A stretch of 64,000 bases of DNA, taken from positions 4,955-68,954 of the forward strand of contig JAJRZT010000065.1 in the NCBI GenBank assembly GCA_024275115.1. Direction: 5' to 3'. The notes under the pieces were generated by a model. It was given only the letters and a program-made list of their open reading frames with translations. It was not told the origin of the DNA and made no database searches. This DNA comes from Gammaproteobacteria bacterium (GTDB lineage: Bacteria > Pseudomonadota > Gammaproteobacteria > UBA6429 > Thiohalophilaceae). Shown here piece after piece: positions 1-8,333 of this stretch. Within the stretch, counting starts at the first letter, position 1. Each line of letters begins with the position of its first letter. A program made the translations under genes and the position numbers.

Positions 1-524
1 CCCATCATGTAATTCATAATACCGGGATAGAGCAGAAACAGAGCCAGGGCCAGGCTGCCGCCGAACAAGGCGGTAATGGCATAGGCCGTAAGACTGATTT
101 TCATAAACTCGTGAGCCATGTCATCGTAACGCGCATCGCCACTCTTGAAACCGATGAATTCGATGACAAACACGAAAAGGGGTACCGCTAATACCAGCGC
201 ACCGAAGAACAAATGCATCTGCGCCAACACCCACACTACCGAACGACTCGAAACACCAAAACGACGATAGGATTTGTCTGTCATCTTCGGTGCCGGTTCC
301 GGCTCGGCCAGCGCATTATCTGGCTGCGCTGCCACAGCTTCACTATAGAGTGGTGACTGAGCGGCAACCTGCACATAACCCGTGGGCGCTATGTTATCCT
401 CGATGGAGGAACCTGCCCATGCTACGCCAGCTATAACCACCACCAAATACAACAACAGACCAAACAACACCCTCCACAGCCAGTGGAAATGAGAATAGCT
501 GCGCTGTGTATAATCCGCGTTCAT
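1..524 (-). CDS. Cytochrome bd ubiquinol oxidase subunit I (CydA)-like membrane protein, N-terminal part, runs off the window edge
   Basis: Not in the ORF track; translated by hand from ATG 524 (RBS GAGGAG at 531-536): MNADYTQRS...VVWVLAQMHLFFGALVLAVPLFVFVIEFIGFKSGDARYDDMAHEFMKISLTAYAITALFGGSLALALFLLYPGIMNYMMG. The His in a TM helix followed by an RYDxMA..F.K helix resembles CydA TM1-TM2, preceded by an extra ~90 aa N-terminal segment. Confidence 0.65.
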   Translation of the reverse strand, partial: MNADYTQRSYSHFHWLWRVLFGLLLYLVVVIAGVAWAGSSIEDNIAPTGYVQVAAQSPLYSEAVAAQPDNALAEPEPAPKMTDKSYRRFGVSSRSVVWVLAQMHLFFGALVLAVPLFVFVIEFIGFKSGDARYDDMAHEFMKISLTAYAITALFGGSLALALFLLYPGIMNYMM

Positions 525-561
525 GTAGATCTCCTCGACTGTGGCCTATTGATGTTACTTG

Positions 562-708
562 TCATTGTTCTGGTGTCCATTGTGCTGGGGTCAGATCCCA
601 ATTCAGGGGCAAACCCTGCATACCCATAATGGAATGATTCAGGCCATAGAAAAACAGCAACACCAACACGAATGTGACCAGCCAGATCGTGATTGTTTTT
701 AACGACAT
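562..708 (-). CDS. Small single-TM membrane protein (48 aa)
   Basis: Hand-translated: MSLKTITIWLVTFVLVLLFFYGLNHSIMGMQGLPLNWDLTPAQWTPEQ*. RBS GAGGA upstream; lies in tandem between the 736-915 ORF and the cydA-like gene. Confidence 0.65.
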   Translation of the reverse strand: MSLKTITIWLVTFVLVLLFFYGLNHSIMGMQGLPLNWDLTPAQWTPEQ

Positions 709-735
709 TCGCTATTCCTCAATTTAGGGTGTGCA

Positions 736-915
736 TCAACCATGGTGGGGCACCACACCATGGGAATAGATCAACAGCCACCAGAAAAACACCAGAGTAA
801 CCACTAGCACCCCGATAAATAATCCGAAACCCCAGGTGCTACCTGCCCCTGCCCCACCTGTACTTCTCTCTGGTTCTGGTTCTGTTGCTTTTGAATCGTT
901 TTCCAGTTTTGTCAT
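736..915 (-). CDS. Small single-TM membrane protein (59 aa) with C-terminal His cluster (YSHGVVPHHG)
   Basis: ORF track 736..924; ATG 915 has RBS GAGGTGG. One hydrophobic helix; first gene downstream of the minus-strand sigma54 promoter. Confidence 0.7.
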   Translation of the reverse strand: MTKLENDSKATEPEPERSTGGAGAGSTWGFGLFIGVLVVTLVFFWWLLIYSHGVVPHHG

Positions 916-995
916 CAATACCACCTCGTTTGCCTAGTCGAACCTCTGAATAACAATAAGGGGACGCTAAATCACTAAATGCCTTTCCACGAAAT

Positions 996-1011
996 AGCAA
1001 CAACCGCGCCA
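996..1011 (-). promoter_or_regulatory. Sigma54 (-24/-12) promoter for the leftward operon
   Basis: Minus strand reads TGGCGCG-GTTG-TTGCT, a near-perfect match to TGGCACG-N4-TTGCW, ~80 bp upstream of ATG 915. Confidence 0.8.
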
Positions 1012-1086
1012 GCTATGCAAAATAACCATAACTCCCTGTTAATATTTGTTTTTAATTTTTTTCCTGAAATCAGAAAGGTCTGAAAT

Positions 1087-1245
1087 TGAACAATCCATTC
1101 ACACACAACATCACCCAAACGTCATATGTTTCACTTTTTCTCCAGCTTGAGCGGAGGCCAAGTGCCCTATAAACAGAGATATACGGGTTAACAAACTGAA
1201 CAAACCGTTCCATGACCGGTCATGGCTTATGGAACGAAACGTTCA
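1087..1245. promoter_or_regulatory. Putative enhancer (UAS) sites for a sigma54 activator
   Basis: Related motifs TGAACAATCCATTCAC (1087-1102), TGAACAAACCGTTCCA (1197-1212) and inverted TGGAACGAAACGTTCA (1230-1245); perfect 16-bp palindrome CCATGACCGGTCATGG at 1210-1225. Confidence 0.5.
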
Positions 1246-1322
1246 AACCAGCGCCTGAAAACAACCAGGAATAATCACTTATATCTTTGTTTAAATAAGA
1301 TTTTTTTTGTTTCTTTATAGTG

Positions 1323-1338
1323 CGGCATAGTATGTGCA
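1323..1338 (+). promoter_or_regulatory. Sigma54 (-24/-12) promoter for the rightward operon
   Basis: CGGCATA-GTAT-GTGCA: GG-N10-GC spacing correct, 40 bp upstream of ATG 1379, preceded by an AT-rich tract. Confidence 0.65.
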
Positions 1339-1378
1339 TCAGCCCAGTTCATAATGAACCACATCGGAGAACTGGAAG

Positions 1379-3784
1379 ATGACGGCCAAAAACAAAACCA
1401 TCACCGCCATTCGTGGCCTGCTCGCCAAGGGTGATGCCACAGACCGTTGCACCAGCTGTCGCGTTCTGGGGGTTCTGGGTGACAACACAGCGGTTGCCGA
1501 CCTGGTGGAACGTCTACGGGATGAGGACATCGATGTATGTGTGGATGCCGCCGAGGCTCTGGGTCGTATCGGTGATCCCGACAGCCTGACGCCTCTGCTG
1601 GAATCGTTGGATCATGACCCCAGCGGTGAAGTACGCACCGCCGTCATTAGCGCCCTGGGCACCTTTGATGATCCACGCGTCAATACTGCACTCATGCAAA
1701 TCATTGCTGATCGTCCGAATGACCTGGAATGGGATGGTGACTGGGATCCCTGGTGGGATATCCAGCTGCGCGCTGTTGAAATACTGGGACTTAAGCAGGC
1801 CTCGGAGGCAGTACCTGTATTATCGACTCTGCTGAACGATGAAGACATGCAGGACATTGAAAGTGAAACCCTTAAAGCCCTGGCGCAAATGGGTAAGCCC
1901 GGCGTAAAAATACTGGCTCACCGCTTACATCATGGCACTACCCGACAACGCCGGCGTGCCGCCCATGCCATGGCCTACGCGGACAATTCCGAGGTAACAC
2001 GTATTCTGGGGCAGTCGCTGCAAGATGCCAGTGCCGATGTGCGCATCGCCGCTATAGAAAGTCTGGCACAACTGCAAGTCAAGCACTATCTGGGTGTGAT
2101 TCTATTATTGATGCGAGACACCAGTGCCGATGTGCGAAATGCCGCACTTAAAGCGGCCATGGTATTAAGCCAACTGGAAGGCAGCAGCGGCATTACTACA
2201 GACCAACTCAAAAACTTACTGGCGGATCAAAGCAAGCAGGTTCGCTTGACCGCGCTGCAAGCCGTGGGTACTTCCACAGCAAGACCCTTACCGGTGGAAC
2301 TCACCAGTGTCATAGGTATATGTTTACAGGATCCTGATAGTGAAGTCGTGGCAATGGCGTGCGAATTATTATCCGAGGTAGCGGAACCAAGTCTATTGAA
2401 TGAGTTGATAACAATCATCAAGGACTCCAATCGTAATGAGCGCGTTAGGCGTGCAGCCGCGTTGGCCCTGGGTAAAATCACAGGTCAACATGAAAAAACC
2501 AACAGCGAAGTCATACAGGTATTCATGATGGTAGCAATGGACGAAGCGGCCGTCGTGCGGGTCGTCGCCATGCAAACTCTGGTGGAACTGGAGTCTGCTG
2601 ATCATGGCGACGAACAATCCCCTCTGGCATTCGTGATCGATTTATTACGCGGGGATTTCCTGCAAGACACACCCACACCACAACCCCATAAGTCCGACAA
2701 CATCGTTGTACCATTCACTGACACACCTGAAACGAAACCAGCTCATGGCAACACACAGCCAGAAGAGACTGCACACATGGAATATATTGACGTCGATACC
2801 GACGAGGAATTTGCCGAGCCGCCACTGGCGACCTCCACCCTGGCCGCCATCACCATAGACAACGTAGAGACTGCGATATTGCTCGATCAGCATGCGGAAC
2901 CTGAGGTGCAACAGACCGCAGAGAACGATGAGTCCTTGCAGGAATACGAGGAAATCGTGCGCAAGAATGCGGCTGCCGGCGAGTGGCTCCTGGCCAGTCG
3001 CAAGAAGCCTGCCCTGCATCAGCAGATTCGATGCACCGCCGCACGTATGCTGGCCTCCAGTAACAACAAGACAGTGATCAACGCGCTGATTGAAACACTG
3101 AGCGACCCGGATGATGAGTTACGCCGCGAATGCGCCGATGCCATTAGCATTATCGCCCATCGTCATCCGCAAACTGTCGGTCTGATGAATGCCTTTGGTG
3201 CCTTGCTAACGCAATTACACAGTGAGCACCTGGATCTACGCCTCGCCTGTCTACGTGCTCTGGAAGCCCTGGGTAATCGTGCAGCGCTGCCCATGATTTT
3301 AGAACTGGGGGATGATAAGGAAGCCAGTGTGCGCATTCAGTCCATCCGCAGCCTGGTCACATTAGCAACACAAGCTGCGGATCCACAGCAAACAGACCAC
3401 ATGGTACTGGAAGAAATCGAACCACAGGTTATTACCAGGCTATTGTTCAACAGCCTTGATGATTCCGCATCCGGGGTACGCAGCGCCACCATCCGCGGCC
3501 TGCTCAGCTGGCTCAAACACAACCCTGAACTGTGCACAGATGAGAAAATGCAAATACTGACCAACCGGATGCTGGATGCCGCGCTGAGCAGCGATGGCAG
3601 TCAGGCACGGGAAATGGGCCGCGCCCTGCGTTTGCTGGATCCAGAACTCAGTGTAGAACCAATATTGCAGCGTTTACAGGCACTGGATGACAGCGCACTG
3701 CGGCGTTTTGTTCTGGAAGTGCTGGAGGAACTGTATCGCCCTGAAACTCCAGACCCACTGTTATTAACAGGACGAGCCGCGTAA
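1379..3784 (+). CDS. HEAT/PBS-lyase repeat protein (801 aa)
   Basis: Many 'L.D.D..VR..AA.ALG' repeats; acidic low-complexity linker in the middle; WDGDWDPWWD insert. Confidence 0.85.
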   Translation: MTAKNKTITAIRGLLAKGDATDRCTSCRVLGVLGDNTAVADLVERLRDEDIDVCVDAAEALGRIGDPDSLTPLLESLDHDPSGEVRTAVISALGTFDDPRVNTALMQIIADRPNDLEWDGDWDPWWDIQLRAVEILGLKQASEAVPVLSTLLNDEDMQDIESETLKALAQMGKPGVKILAHRLHHGTTRQRRRAAHAMAYADNSEVTRILGQSLQDASADVRIAAIESLAQLQVKHYLGVILLLMRDTSADVRNAALKAAMVLSQLEGSSGITTDQLKNLLADQSKQVRLTALQAVGTSTARPLPVELTSVIGICLQDPDSEVVAMACELLSEVAEPSLLNELITIIKDSNRNERVRRAAALALGKITGQHEKTNSEVIQVFMMVAMDEAAVVRVVAMQTLVELESADHGDEQSPLAFVIDLLRGDFLQDTPTPQPHKSDNIVVPFTDTPETKPAHGNTQPEETAHMEYIDVDTDEEFAEPPLATSTLAAITIDNVETAILLDQHAEPEVQQTAENDESLQEYEEIVRKNAAAGEWLLASRKKPALHQQIRCTAARMLASSNNKTVINALIETLSDPDDELRRECADAISIIAHRHPQTVGLMNAFGALLTQLHSEHLDLRLACLRALEALGNRAALPMILELGDDKEASVRIQSIRSLVTLATQAADPQQTDHMVLEEIEPQVITRLLFNSLDDSASGVRSATIRGLLSWLKHNPELCTDEKMQILTNRMLDAALSSDGSQAREMGRALRLLDPELSVEPILQRLQALDDSALRRFVLEVLEELYRPETPDPLLLTGRAA

Positions 3785-3887
3785 TAATGAAGCGCTATTT
3801 GATTTCAGTCTGTATCGGCTTATTTAACAAACACATTTGCATAGCATCAGGCGCAAGCGCCTCTTACCCTTATAGGAGAAACAACCC

Positions 3888-4621
3888 ATGAAGACAGCAA
3901 CTCACTTTTTACCCTTATTCCTGTCCCTGGCATTACCGCTCACTGCTCATGCGGCAGCCTACCAGGTAACTACGGTCAAGGACGGCAGCAGCATCAGCGG
4001 CAAGGTCACCTTCAGTGGTAAAGATCCGGCACCCCGCATATACAACATCACAAAAGACAACGAGGTATGTGGCACCGGCAACCGTGAAGTGGATTTTGTC
4101 AAAGTCAGCAAAGGCGGGCTTAGTGATGTCGTGGTCTACCTGGACAAAGTGAAAACTGGCAAAGCTTCACCGATGGTGCCGGCAAACTTAATCAGAAAGG
4201 CTGCGAGTTTACTCCGTTTCTGCAGGTCATGATCAACAAGAGAAATCTCGATGTCCTCAATTCGGATCCTGTTATGCATAACGTACACACCTATGAGCTC
4301 ATGGGCAGCGCTAAACGCACCGTAATCAACATCAGCCAGCCGAATCAAGGCAGCAACATTTCCAAAAAAATTAAACTGCGCCGCGGTGATGCCATGAAGA
4401 TCGAATGCGACGCACATGACTTCATGCACGGCTTTGTATTTGTCGCCCGTAACCCCTACTACGCGGTAGTGAAAAAAGATGGAAGCTTCACCATCGACAA
4501 CGTCCCAGCGGGAAAATATACCATCAATGCCTGGCACGGCACACTTGGCAAACAGAAAGCTAAAGTTTCTGTGGGCGCCAATGGCAAGGTCAGTGTGAAC
4601 TTTGCCTTCAAGGACAAGTAA
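3888..4621 (+). CDS. Exported cupredoxin-like / carboxypeptidase-regulatory-like domain protein, split by a 1-nt frameshift near 4165-4167
   Basis: ORFs 3888..4232 and 4229..4621 join if one base is added at AAAGCTTCACC, giving ...KTGKAFTDGAGKLNQKGCEFTPFLQVMINK...NSDPVMHNVH...IECDAHDFMHG... (244 aa). Signal peptide ends AHA; RBS AGGAGA. Confidence 0.75.
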
Positions 4622-4779
4622 TGGGCGTCACAACAACAGACAACAGCGGCAACCCGGGTGGTTTAAACACCCGTGGTTTTTTCCGCCGCCTGACCCCCTT
4701 CGACTACCTGGTGCTGCTGGGAGGCGTCATTAACCTGCTGGTAGTGGGTTTTATCGTTGGATCCTGGCTGCTGCACTAG
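4621..4779 (+). CDS. Small single-TM membrane protein (52 aa)
   Basis: Not in the ORF track. ATG overlaps the upstream stop (TAATG): MGVTTTDNSGNPGGLNTRGFFRRLTPFDYLVLLGGVINLLVVGFIVGSWLLH*. Confidence 0.6.
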   Translation: MGVTTTDNSGNPGGLNTRGFFRRLTPFDYLVLLGGVINLLVVGFIVGSWLLH

Positions 4780-4819
4780 CCGCAACATAACAAACAGCAA
4801 ACAAAGGGAATCCCACAAC

Positions 4820-7015
4820 ATGCCCACTGAAAGCGCAGAAATATTGGAAACCACGGAACCCTTACCTGTCTATCGATCTATCCTGCTGGCCACTGACTCC
4901 TCGGATCATGCCAACCGCAGCATCCTGGAAGCGGTGGTGGTGGCCGGACAATATAATGCCAGGGTGACAGGCACCCATGTATATGCCGCGAAGATGCATG
5001 ATATGCGCTTTCGGCAAATGGAGGGCGGGCTGCCGGAACAGTTTCGTGAAGAACAGGAACTGGAACGTCAACGGGATGTGCATGATGATCTGATCACCCG
5101 CGGCCTTTCCATCATCACGGACTCTTATCTGGATCAGGTCAGTCGCACATGTGCAACGAGCGCCATTCCTTTCGCCCGGCGCTCACTGGAAGGTAAAAAT
5201 TACCGGCAATTGGTTAATGAAACCAACTCCGGTGAGTATGATCTACTCATTCTCGGTGCGCTGGGACTCGGTGCCGTACAGGGCAGCCGCCTTGGTACGG
5301 TTTGCCATCGGGTGGCTCGACGTACGGATATCGATACCCTGATTATCAAACAACCCAAACAATCCATAGCCGCAGGGCCAATCGTAGTCGCCATTGATGG
5401 TTCCGCACGCGCTTATGGTGGACTCTTAACCGCACTTTCCTTTGCTGCACATTGGCAGGTTCCGGTCAAAGTTGTCTCCGCCTTTGACCCCTATTACCAC
5501 TATGTAGCCTTCAACCGTATCGCCGGTGTATTGTCCGAAGAGGCCGGCAAGGTATTCAAGTTCAAGGAACAGGAAAAGCTGCACGAAGAAATTATCGATT
5601 CGGGGCTGGCCAGGATCTACCAGGGCCACCTGGACGTAGCCACCTCCATCGCCGCAGAACATGGCATTGATATAGACACTGAACTACTGGTCGGCAAACC
5701 CCATCATATAATTCATGAATATGTACGCCAGCACAAACCCTCCCTGCTGGTACTGGGTAAAGTGGGCATCCATGCCGATCCGGATCTGGATATCGGTGGC
5801 AACACGGAATATTTATTAGAGGACGTGGGCTGTGCCGTATTACTGAGTCAACGCACCCACAAACCACGTCTGGATGTATTGGCCGATGTCACCACCACCT
5901 GGACTCACGAAGCCGAACAGCGTATGCAGAAGGTACCCGACTTTGTACAAAGCATGGCTCGCATGGCCATCCTGCGTTATGCCCAGGAGCTCGGCCATAC
6001 CGTCATCACGGCAAATATTGTCGAAGAAGCCACGGCGCAACTTATGCCTAGACATGCAGAAAGCGCCATGGAAGAAATCGTCAGCGCCTATGATGCCGGC
6101 GAATTAAAACGCAATGAAAACACCGTTCCTGAAATCGGTGTCGCCATGCAATGGAGCGATGCAGCAAGCACGCTACTGGACACCATTGAAGCTCCCACGG
6201 TACGCCAGAACCTGCGCATTCGTGCCGAGAAAAAGGCCCGTACCGAAGGTGCAACACAGGTAAAGAAACAACACATCGAACACTTCATCAGCGCTACAGA
6301 AGGTAAGAGCACAGGAGAATCCAGTGAAATCCATCTGCACTGGCAAGCCGATGCCCTTGCACGCCTGACACGGGTACCGGAAGGCTTTATGCGCGACAAG
6401 TCCCGAGAGCGCATCGAAGACTTCGCCCGCAGCCAGGGGATTACCCAAATTAATCTTGATGTCGCGGAACAGGGTCTGGCCGAAGCACGCAAAGCCATGG
6501 AGTCCCAAATGCAAAGTGACGGGGATGCCGCCGCGGCGGTAAAAACCAGAACCGGTGACAGCAAATGCCCCTTCGCACATATGGCACAAACCATCCCTAC
6601 GGGCGAAAAAACCAGTGAGTCTTTCGCCAGCATGGCATGGAGCCCTGAAGCGAAGCTGGAACTTGAGCGGGTACCCACGGGATTCTGCCGCGACATGACC
6701 CGCAAGGCGGCCGAAACCATTGCGGCCAAAAAAGGTACCGCTACCATTGAAGCAAGTTTTGTGGAAACCGTCATGAATGTCTTTGAGTCGGGATCCAGTA
6801 AAGCACAGGAAACCCTGCCCTGGGATGATGCCGCACGTGCGCGCATTCAGAAAGCGCCGGATATGATCTGCGGTATGTTGCTAAAAGAAATCGAAGCCTG
6901 GGCACAACGCCATGATCTGTCACACGTAAACGAGGCGGCGGTCAGTGCCGTAAAGGCACAATGGCAGGACGAAGGCCAGTTTCACCTGGAGCCCACCGAT
7001 CCACGGCGTGGTTAA
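4820..7015 (+). CDS. Tandem universal stress protein (2x USP) fused to five PCP_red-like (BchB/ChlB C-terminal) repeats
   Basis: USP starts YRSILLATDSS and PIVVAIDGS; five 'W..EA...L.RVP.(G)F.R......E..A...G...I' repeats. Start moved to ATG 4820 (RBS AAGGGA). Confidence 0.8.
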   Translation: MPTESAEILETTEPLPVYRSILLATDSSDHANRSILEAVVVAGQYNARVTGTHVYAAKMHDMRFRQMEGGLPEQFREEQELERQRDVHDDLITRGLSIITDSYLDQVSRTCATSAIPFARRSLEGKNYRQLVNETNSGEYDLLILGALGLGAVQGSRLGTVCHRVARRTDIDTLIIKQPKQSIAAGPIVVAIDGSARAYGGLLTALSFAAHWQVPVKVVSAFDPYYHYVAFNRIAGVLSEEAGKVFKFKEQEKLHEEIIDSGLARIYQGHLDVATSIAAEHGIDIDTELLVGKPHHIIHEYVRQHKPSLLVLGKVGIHADPDLDIGGNTEYLLEDVGCAVLLSQRTHKPRLDVLADVTTTWTHEAEQRMQKVPDFVQSMARMAILRYAQELGHTVITANIVEEATAQLMPRHAESAMEEIVSAYDAGELKRNENTVPEIGVAMQWSDAASTLLDTIEAPTVRQNLRIRAEKKARTEGATQVKKQHIEHFISATEGKSTGESSEIHLHWQADALARLTRVPEGFMRDKSRERIEDFARSQGITQINLDVAEQGLAEARKAMESQMQSDGDAAAAVKTRTGDSKCPFAHMAQTIPTGEKTSESFASMAWSPEAKLELERVPTGFCRDMTRKAAETIAAKKGTATIEASFVETVMNVFESGSSKAQETLPWDDAARARIQKAPDMICGMLLKEIEAWAQRHDLSHVNEAAVSAVKAQWQDEGQFHLEPTDPRRG

Positions 7016-8333
7016 GCAGACGAATACCATGACCCTCGCAACCCAAACGGAAAACGATCTTTATCTGCTTGCGGTAAATATGACCCGCCGTTGCAATCTG
7101 AATTGCGCCCATTGTTATCTGGATGCAAAAACATTGCGCGAAAGCGGTGAAGATGAACTAACCACCACGGAGGTCTGCAATCTGCTGGACCAGGTGGCCG
7201 AACATAACCCGGAAACTATGGTGGTACTCACCGGCGGCGAACCTCTGATACGCAAGGATCTCGAAACCATGCTGACCCATGGTTCAGAATGTGGTCTATT
7301 CATGGTGATCGGCACCAACGGCATGATGCTTACGGAACGCCGGGTGCAATCCCTGCAGGCCGCTGGCGCCATGGGTTGTGGCATCAGCCTGGATTCCCTC
7401 GACCCTGCGCAACACGATGCCTTCCGCGGTTATCCCGGTGCCTGGCAAAAAACCATGGCAGGCATGGAAAACTGTCGTCGTCATGACCTGTCGTTTCAGG
7501 TTCATTTCTCCGTTACTGAAGCCAATGCTGCGGAAGTACCCGCCATGGTGGATTTCGCCCGTGCCTGTGGTGCGCGCGTATTGAATTTCTTTTTCCTGGT
7601 ATGCACAGGCCGTGGCGAATCCATGTCAGACATCAGCCCCATGGCCTATGAACGCGTGCTCAATCAGATACTGGATACCCAGGAACACAGTGAAGACTTG
7701 ATCATCCGTGCCCGCTGTGCACCCCACTTTCAACGCATCGCCCATCAACGCAATCCAGATTCACTGCTTACCCGAGCACAGGGTTATGACGGCAGCAGTT
7801 GTATTGCGGCCACCCACTACTGTCGCATCACACCGGAAGGTGGTGTCACTGCCTGTCCTTATATCCCCGACGAGGTGGGCAATATCCGCCAACAGACCTT
7901 CAAGGATATCTGGGAACAGGCACCGGGTCTGCAACAACTGCGTCAACCTCAACTGCAAGGCAAATGTGGACGTTGTGAATATATCCAACTGTGCGGCGGT
8001 TGCCGCGCCCGTGCCCTGGCAATGGAAGGCGACCTCATGCAGACCGACCCCTGGTGCCATTATATACCCCAGGAAGGCTCGGTCATCGTGCCTTTCACCG
8101 AACACGCTGATACGCTTCCGTGGAGTCAGGAGGCGCAACAACGACTGCAACGTATTCCCGCCTTTCTGCGCAAGATGGTGAAGAAACGTGCAGAAAGCTA
8201 CGTACGGGAACAGGGTGAGCAAGAGGTCAACATCACGCACCTGGCCACCTTGGTGGAAAAGCGCTTTGGTAAAAACGGTCCACCAGCAGCCCTCAAGGCG
8301 AAAATCAAAACACAGAGTACGCACCATGGATGA
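7008..8333 (+). CDS. Radical SAM/SPASM enzyme of the AhbD/NirJ tetrapyrrole-modifying type with C-terminal PCP_red-like domain
   Basis: CNLNCAHC motif, TGGEPL, FFLVCTGRG, CAPHF; SPASM cysteines C..C..KCGRCEYIQLCGGCRARA..DPWC; C-terminal PWSQEAQQRLQRIPAFLRKMVKKRAESY. Confidence 0.8.
   Translation: MVKQTNTMTLATQTENDLYLLAVNMTRRCNLNCAHCYLDAKTLRESGEDELTTTEVCNLLDQVAEHNPETMVVLTGGEPLIRKDLETMLTHGSECGLFMVIGTNGMMLTERRVQSLQAAGAMGCGISLDSLDPAQHDAFRGYPGAWQKTMAGMENCRRHDLSFQVHFSVTEANAAEVPAMVDFARACGARVLNFFFLVCTGRGESMSDISPMAYERVLNQILDTQEHSEDLIIRARCAPHFQRIAHQRNPDSLLTRAQGYDGSSCIAATHYCRITPEGGVTACPYIPDEVGNIRQQTFKDIWEQAPGLQQLRQPQLQGKCGRCEYIQLCGGCRARALAMEGDLMQTDPWCHYIPQEGSVIVPFTEHADTLPWSQEAQQRLQRIPAFLRKMVKKRAESYVREQGEQEVNITHLATLVEKRFGKNGPPAALKAKIKTQSTHHG

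Noticed and set aside
4150..4235. Programmed ribosomal frameshift joining the two ORFs
   Set aside because: No canonical X XXY YYZ slippery heptamer or evident stimulatory structure at the junction; a second similar indel in hdrB favours error or mutation.
6088..6846. 252-aa minus-strand ORF (and similar shadow ORFs at 7761-8363, 12822-13418, 13037-13597, 35264-35815, 46352-46933, 60689-61303)
   Set aside because: They lie antisense to well-supported genes and have the composition typical of shadow frames.
5898..8300. PCP_red domains as evidence of (bacterio)chlorophyll synthesis or phototrophy
   Set aside because: Only the small C-terminal module is present; there are no nitrogenase-like BchN/BchB/BchL catalytic domains or photosynthesis genes in the window.
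562..8333. Radical SAM-SPASM plus small ORFs as a RiPP cluster
   Set aside because: The small ORFs are hydrophobic TM peptides, there is no RRE/PqqD, peptidase or exporter gene, and the enzyme motifs plus adjacent hemY point to tetrapyrrole chemistry. Not formally excluded.
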